A DNA stretch of 64,000 nt from Minutocellus sp. GHC0000111 (Eukaryota), in contig OZ361260.1 of NCBI GenBank assembly GCA_977018835.1, positions 3,720,001 to 3,784,000 of the forward strand, in the 5' to 3' direction. Shown here piece after piece: positions 11,345 to 23,321 of the stretch. Within the stretch, counting starts at the first letter, position 1. The number at the start of each line of letters is the position of its first letter. The position numbers were made by a program, and so were the translations under genes. The notes under the pieces are model-generated. The model made no database searches and was not told the DNA's origin. It worked only from the letters and a program-made list of their open reading frames with translations.

Positions 11345-12652
11345 ATGCCGAGGTCAACAAGGAGCAATAGTAAACGCCGTCGCATCGACGACACCCCCGC
11401 CAGTGGTGCGTCCAAACTGCTCAGTAGCCTCTCGGTTACCCCCACCAGCAGCGCTGATGATCAGCCGTCCGACGTCAAAACGCAAAGGCGCCTGACCTCA
11501 GACCGATACCTGCCGGCCTGGCTCTCGGTCTTTCGCTCGGGCAATGGTGATGCCAAATCCCTCGGCAGGTTGGCGACTCGAACGTCCAAGGCCCTCACGC
11601 AGCTTTTGGAGGTTGGTGAAGACAATCGCGATGAGATCTGGACCGCCCTCTGCCGTCAGCAGCTCGGCAAAGAGATTTATGAAGCCATCCCTCAGACCGT
11701 CAAGGACAGTATGGGACCACGTCGCCTTCTTGCTCAGATGGCCAAGGATCAGCCGGTCCATGTCCAAAGGCGCGGTTTGCATCAACTGAAAGATCCGTCA
11801 CTGACACCGGGCAACGTGACTTTTATTGTCAAAATTTCGAAGGGCGATGAAGTTATCGTTTCGCATGCGGTGACTGGAAAGGAACTCAGTGGTCTCTTCG
11901 AACCGTCGTTTCTGCCTGATATTCATGAGGAATTCTACGAAGACTACGACACTGCTGAACACACAGTTTGTGGAACTCGTGAGTGGAATTATTATGGATC
12001 GTGTGAGAAAGAGCATCCAGGCGAGGTGAAGGTGGAGCTTCCTGCCCCCGTCTTTTTGGGAGAAGGATTCCCCGACCTTGCCAAATCCTGTAAAGCTACG
12101 GTGCATATGCTAACTGATGATAGGTGCGTCTCACTGCTGCAAAGCTCCAGCAGGGGCACTGTGCCGACCAAGTGCCATTGTGGTGACGATCCGTATGATG
12201 GTGTTGAATACCAGCTACCAGACGGAGAGTATCTTTATGGAGACTGGTCTCGTGGTGGGTTCGGTCAGGGCACCGAGGCGTTCCTTGACATTGGACCCGA
12301 GGGTGACGCGATTCTTCGCCACGTCGAAAGTCCCTGGGGCTCGAGCATCATGAAAGGCCTGCGCTTCTCGCTCAATTTGGTTGCATTCCAGCAGTGGTAT
12401 TATGAAGATGATGAGGGGGAGCACCATCAAATGTGCTACCTTGATCACCTCACCTTCCGATTCTATGCGGAATATAACATCTACGGCCAGTGTGCTTGCG
12501 AGTGCTACCATTGCCGCCGGTGCTCTGAGGTTGAAGATCCTCCAACAATCGATCAGGTGGAGAATGCTTGGAAGAAGTCAGGTGTGACAATTCCCCATCT
12601 ACTTGACCATCTCAAAGGTGTGAAGGTCCAAATGGACTGCGAGGGAGGCTGA
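11345..12652 (+). CDS. Hypothetical protein, possible degenerate F-box at the N-terminus
   Basis: 435-aa ORF; KSLGRLA..SKAL..DEIWTALC resembles an F-box end; NLS-like KRRR. Confidence 0.55.
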   Translation: MPRSTRSNSKRRRIDDTPASGASKLLSSLSVTPTSSADDQPSDVKTQRRLTSDRYLPAWLSVFRSGNGDAKSLGRLATRTSKALTQLLEVGEDNRDEIWTALCRQQLGKEIYEAIPQTVKDSMGPRRLLAQMAKDQPVHVQRRGLHQLKDPSLTPGNVTFIVKISKGDEVIVSHAVTGKELSGLFEPSFLPDIHEEFYEDYDTAEHTVCGTREWNYYGSCEKEHPGEVKVELPAPVFLGEGFPDLAKSCKATVHMLTDDRCVSLLQSSSRGTVPTKCHCGDDPYDGVEYQLPDGEYLYGDWSRGGFGQGTEAFLDIGPEGDAILRHVESPWGSSIMKGLRFSLNLVAFQQWYYEDDEGEHHQMCYLDHLTFRFYAEYNIYGQCACECYHCRRCSEVEDPPTIDQVENAWKKSGVTIPHLLDHLKGVKVQMDCEGG

Positions 12653-12775
12653 GAGGGACAATGGCGAGAAGGATGAAGAGAAATAGAAGAGTAAAATGCA
12701 AGAAGTGTTGGCATGAATACATGCAAGGCAACTCTACTTTTCAGTAATAAATCTATGTGCATTACTCATTCCTGG

Positions 12776-15025
12776 CTACTGGGCAGTCTTTAGCTTCTCA
12801 ACCGTGCCAATGTTGCTCCAGCCATCATCAACAACCCCTTTCGACTCTCCTTCCTCCAACAAGACTGATTCCATAACCTCCTTCGAATCTTTCATGAGTA
12901 AAAAGGGCAATTTTGGCTGGAGCGTATTTAGCAATCGACTTGCTGCACTCTTTGCGTTTGATGGTGATGCGTTGATATCGCTAGGTATAAGTTTCATGGC
13001 TTCAATTATCGCCCTCACATCGCTCTTTTCGTTATCCATCCCTTCCAACTTCTCAAGTCTTGACTCTATATTTTTGGCATATCTCATAGTTTTGAGCTCA
13101 AATCGCCCGATGGAAGTCATTGGATAGATGGTATTTGTCCCGTACATGCATTGCTGGACAATAGCGGCACTATCGTTGCATACTGCGGTGACCCCGTATC
13201 CACCAAAGGGAAGGCCAAGGTCTGAGGCTAGACCATTCAGAGTGACTGCATAGAGAGCTGCAAGACGAGCACCTCGCACTGCATCTTCATTATAGGCCCA
13301 TAGGAATTGCTTCATTGAATGGAACATCAGGATTGGCGTGGCTTTTCCATCCGCAGAAGCCCTCGATTCCGATAAAATGTTGGATCGACAGCTCGGATTG
13401 AGTCCCATCGGCCCGGTTTCCCGCTATAGGACCTTTGATGTACATATTGAGACCGGAATGGGGCATCATTGCCGGAGCCATGCGGCCCTTCTCATCCTCA
13501 ACCCACTTTCTATGAACACTCCGAGCGGAACATTCGTCCATGAGCCATCCTTTTCAGCTATGCACATGCCAATCCCAAATGTAGTGAGCCGAGATGTTGG
13601 AACGATTGAAACCTCGTGGCCTGATTCGATTAGGGCCTGAACGAACTGGTCAGGACGTGAGATTGGAGAACTATCTTGCGACATATGAATCGCAAATAGC
13701 TCATCTTCCTTGGCCCCGTCCATCTGACGGCAGTAATTGGCACCAAGTTTATTGAGTAGGTTCGAAATGAGACGCATCCTGAGTACCTCTCGTTTGGTGT
13801 GCGATGACTTGGCATCTCCCCAACCCAAATGAAGATCAGGAAATAATCTTGGATTGATAGGTACTGGCTTGCCCATACTGCGATCTTCTGGGTCATATTT
13901 TACATCTTCAGAATTGGCTGTCACATCGTTTTCGCCTCTATTATGATCAGACCCGTCGTTATACTCACGAAGGTCCTCCGAGGCAATCTGAAGCTCTGGA
14001 GAGCTCTGAACGTCATGTTCTTGGAATCCTAGCTGGATTTCCATTTGTCGAATAAAATTATCAAAGTCCTCAGATATGACGAAGGAATCAGTCCGATTGG
14101 ATAATAATTCATCAAAGGAAGGGCCTTTGACAATTTCTCCAGCCTCCATCTTTCTCATGGACGACATGTTTGGAAAAGGAAATGCCTCATCAGTTGTGTC
14201 CTTCTTGTCGTCGTTGGCGCTCTTGCTATTTATCTTGGCATTGACATAACTCAAACTGAGTAATGTCATGAGAGATATGGGGAATCCTGCTTTATCTTGA
14301 CTTTCACTCATTGTAGAATTGGGATCCAGAAGCCAATTTGTAGCAAGTTTACCAGCGAGGCCAGATGCTACTGAGCGCACTGGTCCTGCACCAACGGCAG
14401 GTAGAAGTGCGGCTCCAAGATTCGGACCGAGGCCCTTCAGAAGTCCAAGTGCCAGTCCTGCCTCAATTTCTCGCTGTATTATCCTTGGCAAATCCTCGGT
14501 GTTCATACGAGATGGCATATTCTTTGGGCGGAGTCTCGCCATGTAAGAGCCAAGCGATTCCAATTTCCAACCCACCTTTTCATATCTGGTCTTGAAGTCT
14601 GGGTTGAGCTCCAACAGCCGAAGATTTCCAAAGAGGCCCGCATCATTCTCTGCTCGTTTCTTGGTATCGGTTCTGGCGACGTTGCTTCTTTCCATGTTAA
14701 GTCCAGCTCCAAAGATCCAGCTTTCTTCCTTCACCTGTCGGATACGTTTTTGGATGGAGGTTCGATACTTGACCAGCGCGAGGATAGACAAGAAGCCGGC
14801 CACCGGTGGAATAGCCCTTAGCGGTGATGAAATGATTTGTGAGACTGTAGACGAGAAGGCATTAGAATCGGTGCTCAGGTATCGAGCCGAAGTGCCGCCC
14901 CCGAAAGATCGGGAGGTCAAAGTAGGAAACAAGGACGGTCTCGACATCAATGTGCTGGTCGATGTTACAGAGAGCGAGTTGGCAGTGGCTGTGGCATCAG
15001 ATATGATTGAACGAAGAACAAGCAT
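12776..15025 (-). CDS. Hypothetical protein split by two frameshifts
   Basis: 13466..15025, 13290..13541 and 12776..13408 join as one protein (PLGVFIESG/EDEKGRMAPAMMPHSG/..LPFGGYGVTAVCNDSAA). Confidence 0.6.
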
Positions 15026-15474
15026 GTTCTTTTCCTTTAGCTATGGTCGGCACGAGATGATTGTGATTTTGCTGATGAGATCGATGCGGGTCTTTCAGCG
15101 CGCCTTTTGTTCCGAGGGAGATGCTCTTCGAGCAGGGTGTGCAGCAAGGTTCGCACCTCGCAGCTGAGCTTCTATTCTGCGAACCTTCTTCTGGCGGGCG
15201 TGTCTTCCCTACCAATTGTATTAGAAATCGACAGTAGATCTAGTCTAGAAGCATGCTAGATCTACTGAATAGATAATTCCTCTTTGTAGCAATTACATTT
15301 TATGTTTATAGTGTTATTTTGTTGCTTTGTTCAACATGTTCAATTCTATCATCAATTCAAAAATATGTAGCAGACACCAAACTGGGGAGACTGCTTCTCG
15401 CATCATTGTCTGTGGTGTGTAAGCTGCGCAATCTCGGTGTCCCAAAAATGCCTTTGGTTTGTTTTAAAAACAAT

Positions 15475-16599
15475 TTAGGCGGAGGCACGGAGCTTGCGGT
15501 TGGCCTGGTTGTTGGCGGTGAGCTGATCGGAGACCAGAGTACGGGAGCCGTGGGCGTAGAGGTCGTCGGACATGTCGTCGCGCTGGGCCTTCATGTCGGC
15601 GCACATCTTGTCGAAGGAGGAGGCGGAGATCATGTGGCACTTGCGATCGACCTGCCAGGTGATGGGAGAGTACTGGGAGCAGACCTCGTTGTCACGGCTG
15701 GTACCGGTGGTGGAGCCGGTGTACATGGCAATATCCTGGCCCATCTCGCCGTCGACGATCATGCCACGGAAGAGGTCGGGGTAGTAGTAGTCCTCGTCGT
15801 TGACGATGGTGAAGACCTGGGCCTGGACGCCGATCTGGGCGGCGGTGTCGGTGAGGACTCCATCGACGCAGAAGACACCGTCGTAGAAGGGGGTCTGGTA
15901 CTGGTTGGGAGTGCCGCACATGCCGGCGGCGGAGTGGGGCCAGTGGACCTCGTAGGTCTCACCGATGCGCATGCCGACGCAGTGCTTCCAGACGTAGGGG
16001 GTGTTGAACTTGTTGTCGTCGAGGTCGTAGTAACGGCACTGGTATCCCTTGCGAGTCTCGGTCTCGGCCAGACGACGGTCGCCAAGGCCGTAGTTGTTCT
16101 GGACGGGTCCCGAGCCGAACTCGTCGTACTCGCCGGCGGAGTAGTGCTCGGTGCCCAAATGCCAGTGGACGTTGACGGGGCACATCTTGTTCTGCCAGTA
16201 GGGAGTCGTGATGGGGACGTGATCGACCTCCATGCCACCCTTGTAGCCCTTGGTGACGTTGCCGCCGGCCTGAGGCTTGACGTCGGCAATGGCGCCGATG
16301 ACGCAGTCGTAGTTCTCGAGCTCGGGCTTCTTGCCCTCGCAGGGATTCTCGCCTTCCGGAGGCTTGCCAGTGGCGTAGAGCATGTCGCCGGTGTTGACGA
16401 CGATGGTGGCATCCTTCATGGAGGCGGGGCTGGCGGAACCTCCGCTACCGGCGGTATTGGTAGCGACGACGGCAAGCGAGGCAACAGAAGCGATGGTGAC
16501 GGCACCACAGAAGGCGATGGCCGAAACGAGGACCTTGTTGTTCGAGAGGAGTCCCTCGGACGAGGAGGCGGTCTTGGAGGAAGAGTCGGGGGCGCACAT
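15475..16599 (-). CDS. Delta-class carbonic anhydrase (TWCA1 family), with an N-terminal membrane anchor or signal
   Basis: MCPVNVHWHLGTEHYSAGEYD, YEVHWPHSAAG, QYQTPFYDGVFC, VQAQVFTIVND, YTGSTTG, WQVDRKCHMISASSFDKMC; strong C/G-ending codon bias. Confidence 0.93.
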   Translation of the reverse strand: MCAPDSSSKTASSSEGLLSNNKVLVSAIAFCGAVTIASVASLAVVATNTAGSGGSASPASMKDATIVVNTGDMLYATGKPPEGENPCEGKKPELENYDCVIGAIADVKPQAGGNVTKGYKGGMEVDHVPITTPYWQNKMCPVNVHWHLGTEHYSAGEYDEFGSGPVQNNYGLGDRRLAETETRKGYQCRYYDLDDNKFNTPYVWKHCVGMRIGETYEVHWPHSAAGMCGTPNQYQTPFYDGVFCVDGVLTDTAAQIGVQAQVFTIVNDEDYYYPDLFRGMIVDGEMGQDIAMYTGSTTGTSRDNEVCSQYSPITWQVDRKCHMISASSFDKMCADMKAQRDDMSDDLYAHGSRTLVSDQLTANNQANRKLRASA

Positions 16600-17107
16600 G
16601 GTTACAAGTTAAAGAATATAGTTACGAAGAACACAAGAATTGAAGAAATGAAGAATTGGCTTGAGGTTGAGCTCAAAGCAAAAAAAGTGAGCAGTGAAAG
16701 CAGCGTGGATTTGCTGGGATTGCCCGCCACAGAAGAACGAAGGCTGGGGTAGTGGGGGCAGATGTTGGTATGTCACTCATTCGCCACGTGTGTGCTTCTC
16801 CTTTTACCGCGAATTTCAAAAAAATCAAACGAGCACTTGTCGAAGAACATTCAATGACCTGACATTGGAGCATAAATCATTCAAGAAATTTAATGAAACA
16901 CCCGGATTATGTTGCAACATCGCCGACCAGCGCACTCCCGGCAATGAAACCGGAACTTGAGACGGGAAACGTCAGCCGCCACACGGCAATTGATGACGAG
17001 GATGCAGCCACGTAGCATAGAGAAAGAGCCTTTCTCCTTGTGCACACCACGCCCTTTTTCCTGCAGGCAGCTTGAACTTGACGGTCTCCCGCGCTTCAGC
17101 GCTTTTA

Positions 17108-17463
17108 CCTGTGGTCAAAGTCACTAAATCGTCTTTTATACGCGGTGAAAGCTACGTAGTAGGTGCCAAAGTATGGATTCCGGTGCGTACCACTTGGAAT
17201 GCTTGGTACCGTTTGAAAAAGCTCCCTCTGGAGGCCCAGAATCAGCTTGAAAGAAAAATCACGATTTCTCTCGGAAAAGTGCGTACATCTTGGCGCACGA
17301 AGCTGATTCTGACTCGCAGTGAGGTGTTTACCATACGGTAGTAAGTGCGCCAAGTGGTATGTATTGGAACCGGTACTTTCCAAAACCCCTAGCTTCGCCG
17401 CGTTAAAGACTAGAATGAGGCGCTGATCACAATAAAAGATGATTTTGGGACTTTGACCACGGG
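17108..17463. mobile_element. Foldback MITE, 356 bp, TA target-site duplication
   Basis: TA|CCTGTGGTCAAAGTCACTAAATCGTCTTTTAT ... ATAAAAGATGATTTTGGGACTTTGACCACGGG|TA (32-bp TIR, 4 mismatches), plus nested internal inverted blocks. Confidence 0.85.
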
Positions 17464-17707
17464 TAGCTTTGATGCTTGTGTCTGAAAAATGTCGACTGCT
17501 CTCTTGATACCGCGGGGGTATTCTCTGTGCTTCCATACGGCTGTACATGTACGAGTCGAGCCCATCATTTGTCGCGCGCCGAGCCATCAAAGCCGAGTGG
17601 GAAATCGTGTGCTCTGGTAACTGCAGCAGCTGAATTCTGCACCAGCAGTGAAAAGACGTCGCCAGAACGTCGTATCGTACATGTGCTAGAAATGGGCACA
17701 TGGAGTA

Positions 17708-17887
17708 CAGTCCGGCCACACCTATATAAGGATATTTTTTTGGAGAGGTAAGCTTGGAATATCCTTAATTAGAATAAGGATTTCTAAACACCAATTGATA
17801 AGAAATGCATAGAAGAATAAGGAACATGTCCGAAATTCCAAGCTTACCCTAAGGATAAAAAATATCCTTATAGGTGTGGCCGGACTG
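17708..17887. mobile_element. Tc1/mariner/pogo-type MITE, 180 bp, TA TSD
   Basis: TA|CAGTCCGGCCACACCTATA ... TATAGGTGTGGCCGGACTG|TA is a perfect 19-bp TIR, extending imperfectly to about 50 bp (AAGGATATTTTTT, GGTAAGCTTGGAAT). Confidence 0.9.
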
Positions 17888-18533
17888 TACTACGGAGTAG
17901 AGAGAATTGATGCAATTTGCCATCTATCATGATGTTCCGATCCTTCCGAATGGAAAATGGGATTACCTTCTTGGTTTTTCGGGATGATAGCGCTAGATAG
18001 CTACTGGTGAATAGGCATCAGCATTGAACGCAGACTACAGTCTGTAGGCACATGCACGTACATGGCTATCTCTTCATGATGACAGTTCGATGAACGTTTA
18101 CGTAGACGAAAGAAGTCAGATATCTCTGCCACAAACCACCGATCCAATGGGGATCAAGAATTATGAAAATAAATTGGATAAATCCTCCGCATTCTGCCAC
18201 ATTCTCGTTCATGGGCATATTCTGCTCGGAGGGATCTGCTGCAACATACACATTCACGTACCAGCAGATTTTTTCCGAGATGAAAATCTAATAAACATAT
18301 TTTGTTGGTGTGTCGTTGCGCAAGCAGGGCGAATTCATGCAATATCTGAGATGCTGTTGTGGACAATCGAGTATTTGAAGTGTTTCCGCAGAGGTAACCT
18401 GGAGATAATCATTTATATTGCGTACATGTAGAAAGTGATGTGAAAGAATTGCTCTTTCTTTCTATACTAGCTCAAAATTAATTGATGATGATAAGACAAA
18501 GACTGCCAACAATAAACCGCCAACAATACAAAT

Positions 18534-20821
18534 CTAACGGCAGTAATGCGTGCAATTCCTCTTCTTGCCGGTATTCATCCACTTGACCAAATGGACGGCC
18601 TGTCTCTGATCGCCTTCGCCACTGCCTCCGAACCATTGCTTGCGTCCGAGCTTGTCGAGCTTCTTGGCCACACGCTCGGCAGCCTCGTCCTTGAGACCAA
18701 CGGAGCTGGGGTCGCGGGGGCGAGAATGGGACCGAGCCAAACTCATCTCGCGCTTGGCCGATTGCTTCTTCTCCTTCTTGATTCGCTTGACCTCCTTGTT
18801 GGACATGCCTTCTGTGGAAATTTCCATCTCCGCATCGAAGCCATCGTCGCCGCCACGGTCTCCGGCACGAGTACGAGAACGTCCCCGAGCACTGGGTCCA
18901 AGGGAACGGTCCCTCTTCCTTCCACGCTGGGCGGTGGCCGATTCGATCATCTTGGACGCATCAATACCGTACTGATCCATCTTTCTCTTCACCTCGGCAG
19001 CATCGCGTGCTCCGGCGTCGTGCTTATCACGGCTTCGACCACGAATGGCACGAGACTGCACCGGCTTGTTCTGGCCGTTATTGCTGACCCGAGAGCTGCG
19101 AGCAATGGTCTTGCGCTCCCGGATGGCCTCAATGGCGGCAGACTCCTCCTCGTCGAGGTCCGACTCGGGATCCTCTCCCATGGCGGCAGCGGCATCCTCC
19201 TCAAGAAGTTGGGCCTCCTCCTCTTCCAGTCTGGCGAGCTTGGCATCGATATCGGGATCGACGTAGTCGGCAATGTTCTTGCCATCGAGGATCTGGGGGA
19301 TGGCATCGAAGCGCCACTCGTCGTCCTTGAGGTCGTAGATCTCACGGTAATCGGGAGCCCAGACACCAGGACCACCGTTCTCCCACATCAGGTCACGAGC
19401 AGTCTTCTTAGCGCTGGCATCGCCCATGGCCTCGTCACCGGTGTCATCGGGTAGAAGGTTGCCATCGTCGTCCTTGGTGACGGCATATCCCGAACGGGAG
19501 CGCTTGGGCTTGCGCTCGTCGTCGGTGGGGCCGAGCGTTCCGGCCTCCCGAGCCCGCTGGACCGATTCGGGGATGCAAGCCTCGCGAGTGCGTCCGTCGC
19601 GAGGAGTGGGCTCGAACACCTGCAGACGGTTCATGACGCCCTCAATCTTCTTGCCGGACACACGACTCTCGACGCGAGCGGCCAGAAGCTTGTCGCAGGC
19701 GGCGGCCTTGACCTCCGAAACGCCCTCCTCGGAATGGTTGGACATTTGCATGAGGGTGGTCTGTCCATCGACGAGTCCCTCGACCATGGCCTTCTTGCCC
19801 GAGTCGAGCGTCTCCCAGGGCTGCGCATCGATCTTGTTGACGACAATGATGAGCTGCTTGTTGGCAAAGAGAGGTTTGATGGACTGGAACAGGCTGATCT
19901 GCTGCTCGAGGGGGTAGCCGCACTGCTCGGAGATGTCGACAAAGTGCAATACGGAGCACGTCAAGTGCGCCAGGGCCGTGATGGCCTGCATTTCGATGGT
20001 GTTGCGTTCCTCGAGGGAGTGATCGAGGATACCGGGAGTGTCAATGACCTGCCACCTCAGGTATCGGTAGTCGCAGTGACCGACAAAGAGGGATTTGGTA
20101 GTAAAGGCATACGGCTGAACGTCGACATTGGCACGGGTAATCTTGTTCATGAAGGAGGACTTGCCGACGTTGGGCAGACCGCACATGAGGAGAGTACGGG
20201 TGTTGGGGTCGAGGGCCGGAAGACGGCTCATGTGCTTACGGACCTCCTCCAGGTAGGCCAGACTGGCTTTCTGACGCTTGAGGACGGTGCACATCCGACC
20301 GAGGGCGGCGCGCTTCAGACACTTGCACCTGTACAGCGAGTCGCCGTACTTGACCATCCGGATCATGTCGCGGGCAATGGAATCGCACAGAGAACGGGCG
20401 GTGTTGATCTGGCCCAAGGCGAGCTGTTATTGGTGGTTGTGGTAAGGAGCAAGGAAGAAAGAATATATGTAAGAAATTGAAATTGCAAATATAACTGTAC
20501 GATGTACAGCTATTATCGCCAGTACTCTCATAGATGCCTCACCTTGTAATGATCGCGATCGTACAGCGTGTTGCACAAATCGGCATAGAACGGGTGGATG
20601 TCGTTCAGACGAGGGAAGTCGGTGAGGATCTGTCCCAACCGTTCCGAGATGGTCTGCTGCGTGAACTTGATCTTGCGCATGTAAAAGGCACGGATGCGCT
20701 GGATTTTGTACCCCGGGTGGATGACCGTGGGAGTCTTGCGCTGGGTGCGCATCAGGACGATGTCGACCAGATCGGGTGCCGAGGGCACCGGGGCCATCTT
20801 CTTGAAGTTGTAGACGGGCAT
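18534..20821 (-). CDS. NOG1: Nucleolar GTP-binding protein 1; intron 20424..20542
   Basis: [67 protein letters not shown] intron joins DHYK to LALGQINTA in frame. Confidence 0.96.
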
Positions 20822-21523
20822 GGTTCAAGTTGGTTGTTTCTTGTGTTATCGGCGGCAGGTTTGCAAAGAACAATGAGAATGAACAAGGGACACAGGAAGA
20901 AAAGAAATATTTCTGCTGTGCTGATCACAAAACCGAGAAAGAGATATGGAGCTGAGATGCGATGGATCGACAACACAATATGTATGACAAAGGCGACGAC
21001 CAGAGAACAGAGTTGAGGGCTCTGTAATATGGTCGGTCAGTGCAATGCCGACCGACTGACTGCCGAGGAATGTTTGGAAGAGGAGGGCGGCCCGCAGATT
21101 TTCATTGGTGCCGCAAGCGCGAAAGCGACCCGTTCGACTCGAGAATCTGCCTCATAACCTGATGATGTCATGTCAACGCAGCAGAAACTATCTGTGTCAA
21201 AACCTCAAAACGAAACATCTCGGCATCTCGGCCGCAACCATGACGCCATGCGCCGAAGCCACAACAAACCGCACACCGCCGGCAACACCGGCCGCTGACT
21301 GCACGCACGTGCCATACTAGTACCAGTGGGTCCAGTCCAGGAGGGCACTTCTTCCGAGCGTGTACAAAGAGAATACATAGAAGCGGGGCCCACGCACGTC
21401 AAGGATATCCTCCGACCACGTGCTCCGACCAGACGAAAGTTACTCGTACTACGTAGTACATCATAGAGTTGAAGATCGCACACTGAGGAATAATCCAAAT
21501 CATCGAATCCATCGTCAGCAACC

Positions 21524-23269
21524 ATGCCGAAGGCCGAGCGGGGTACCCCGAAGGACATCGCCAACAAGATGAAGGTGAGCTGCTAGTCGATTTGGAATAT
21601 ATATTTGTTCCGACCCTAATTCGATTCGAATTGCATTTACGGGTGTATTTATTCGCAGCCGTGTTCCTTCCGCTTTGCCCTCTCTCATGACTAACTCTTC
21701 CTTCCTCTTTCCTTCCTTATGTACGCTCCAATTTCTGCAAATCACCCAAATTTTTAACAGGCCAAGGGCCTTCAGAAGCTCAAGTTCTACTGCCAAATGT
21801 GCAACAAGCAGTGCCGGGACGAGAACGGCTTCAAATGTCACCTCACCTCCGACTCCCACCTGCGCCAGATGAAGATATTTTCCGAAAACGCCGGGGAATT
21901 CCTCGACAGCTTCTCGGAGGAATTCGAGCAATCCTACATGGACACCCTCCGTCGGAGACATGGTACGAAGAAGATGAACGCCAACAATGTGTATCAGGAG
22001 GTCATTCAGGACAAGCATCACGTGCACATGAACAGTACCAAGTGGGCCACCCTCACGGACTTTGTCCAGTATCTGGGCAAGACGGGCAAGTGTGTCGTGG
22101 AAGAAACCGAGAGAGGTTGGTATGTGACGTACATTGAGCGGGATCCGGCTTTGCTGGCGCGGCAGGAGGCCCACCGACGGCGGGTGGAGAGCGAACGCGC
22201 CGAAGAGGAGAAGGCCGCCAAGCGGATGGAGAAGCAGAGAGTCGAGGCTGCCAAGGCCGTGGCGTTGGCCGGTGGAACGGTCGAGGTGGCCGAAGCCTCC
22301 AAAATGGAACGATCGGAGGATGACAAGCCTGTGGCGCTAACCATTGGTGGTGCTAGCGGTGGTAGTGGCGCCGCCAATGGAACTGCAGGCAGTGGCACTG
22401 GTGGTGGATTGGATGGACTTGCCGGCAAAAAGAGAAAGAAGAGCAGCAGCGCCAGCGGTGATGCCAAGAAGGTCAAGGCTGTATTCGGCGGTGATGATGA
22501 GGACGACGAGGATGATCCCGAACAGGATCGAAAACCTCCAGCGAAGCCAACGTCCAACGGCGACGCCAAGCCCGCCAAGTTGGTGGAAGCGGCGGCTGCA
22601 GCGCAGGCGGGTACTCCTGCGACCGCCGCTCTGGAGTCGTCCAGTGCAAGCAGCAAGTCCGATGGTCGTCACAAGAGCAGCCGATCGGGACCGCTGGTGT
22701 CGTCCACCTCCAAACAGAAGCCGGAGGTAGATCTGCTCATCGCCACGGCCACGGCGGCGTGTATTTACGACGCCGATGCCCGACGAAAGTGCCGGGATGA
22801 GGACTACTACCGCCGCAAAGCCTTCAAGATGGCCGGTGGCGATGGTGGCGACGGCCTCGGAAGTGGCGGCAAGTTGTCCTCGTCGTCCAAGCGCATTCGA
22901 AAGGACTACTGGATCCGGCGCAACATTGTCGTTCGGATCATATCGAAGAAATTATCGGGTGGCAAATACTACAAGCGCAAGGGTGTGATCATTCGCGTCA
23001 TCGATCGGTACATGGCCGAGGTGGAGATTTTTGACACTGCTCCAGATGCCAAAGACGGCGGCGATCTCATTCGCATCGATCAGGATGATTTGGAGACCGT
23101 GGTTCCAAAGGAGGGCAAGGAATGTCGCATCTTGAATGGTCGCGGTCGAGGCAAGAGAGCGGAGGTTATTAGTCTGGACAAAGCCAAGTACCGGGGTACG
23201 CTCAAGATTTTGGATAGCGGTGAGATTGTGGAAAAGATGCATTATGAAGATTTCAGCAAAATTGCTTGA
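21524..23269 (+). CDS. KIN17: DNA/RNA-binding protein KIN17; intron 21575..21760
   Basis: MPKAERGTPKDIANKMK/AKGLQKLKFYCQMCNKQCRDENGFKCH; HVHMNSTKWATL; C-terminal KOW/SH3-like region ending YEDFSK. Confidence 0.95.
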
Positions 23270-23321
23270 TATGTTGAAAGCTACTGCTTTAAATTTGCTT
23301 GCATAGCTACAATCAGGTAAG

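Noticed and set aside
15319..16752. 477-aa plus-strand ORF
   Set aside because: Antisense shadow of the strongly codon-biased delta-CA gene; V/G/D-rich with no motifs.
17105..17719. 204-aa minus-strand ORF
   Set aside because: It overlaps two MITEs and shows no protein-like features.
18066..18431. Short ORFs in an AT-rich stretch
   Set aside because: No recognisable motif; gene or relic status cannot be supported.
18546..20480. Long plus-strand ORFs over NOG1
   Set aside because: Antisense shadows of a conserved gene.
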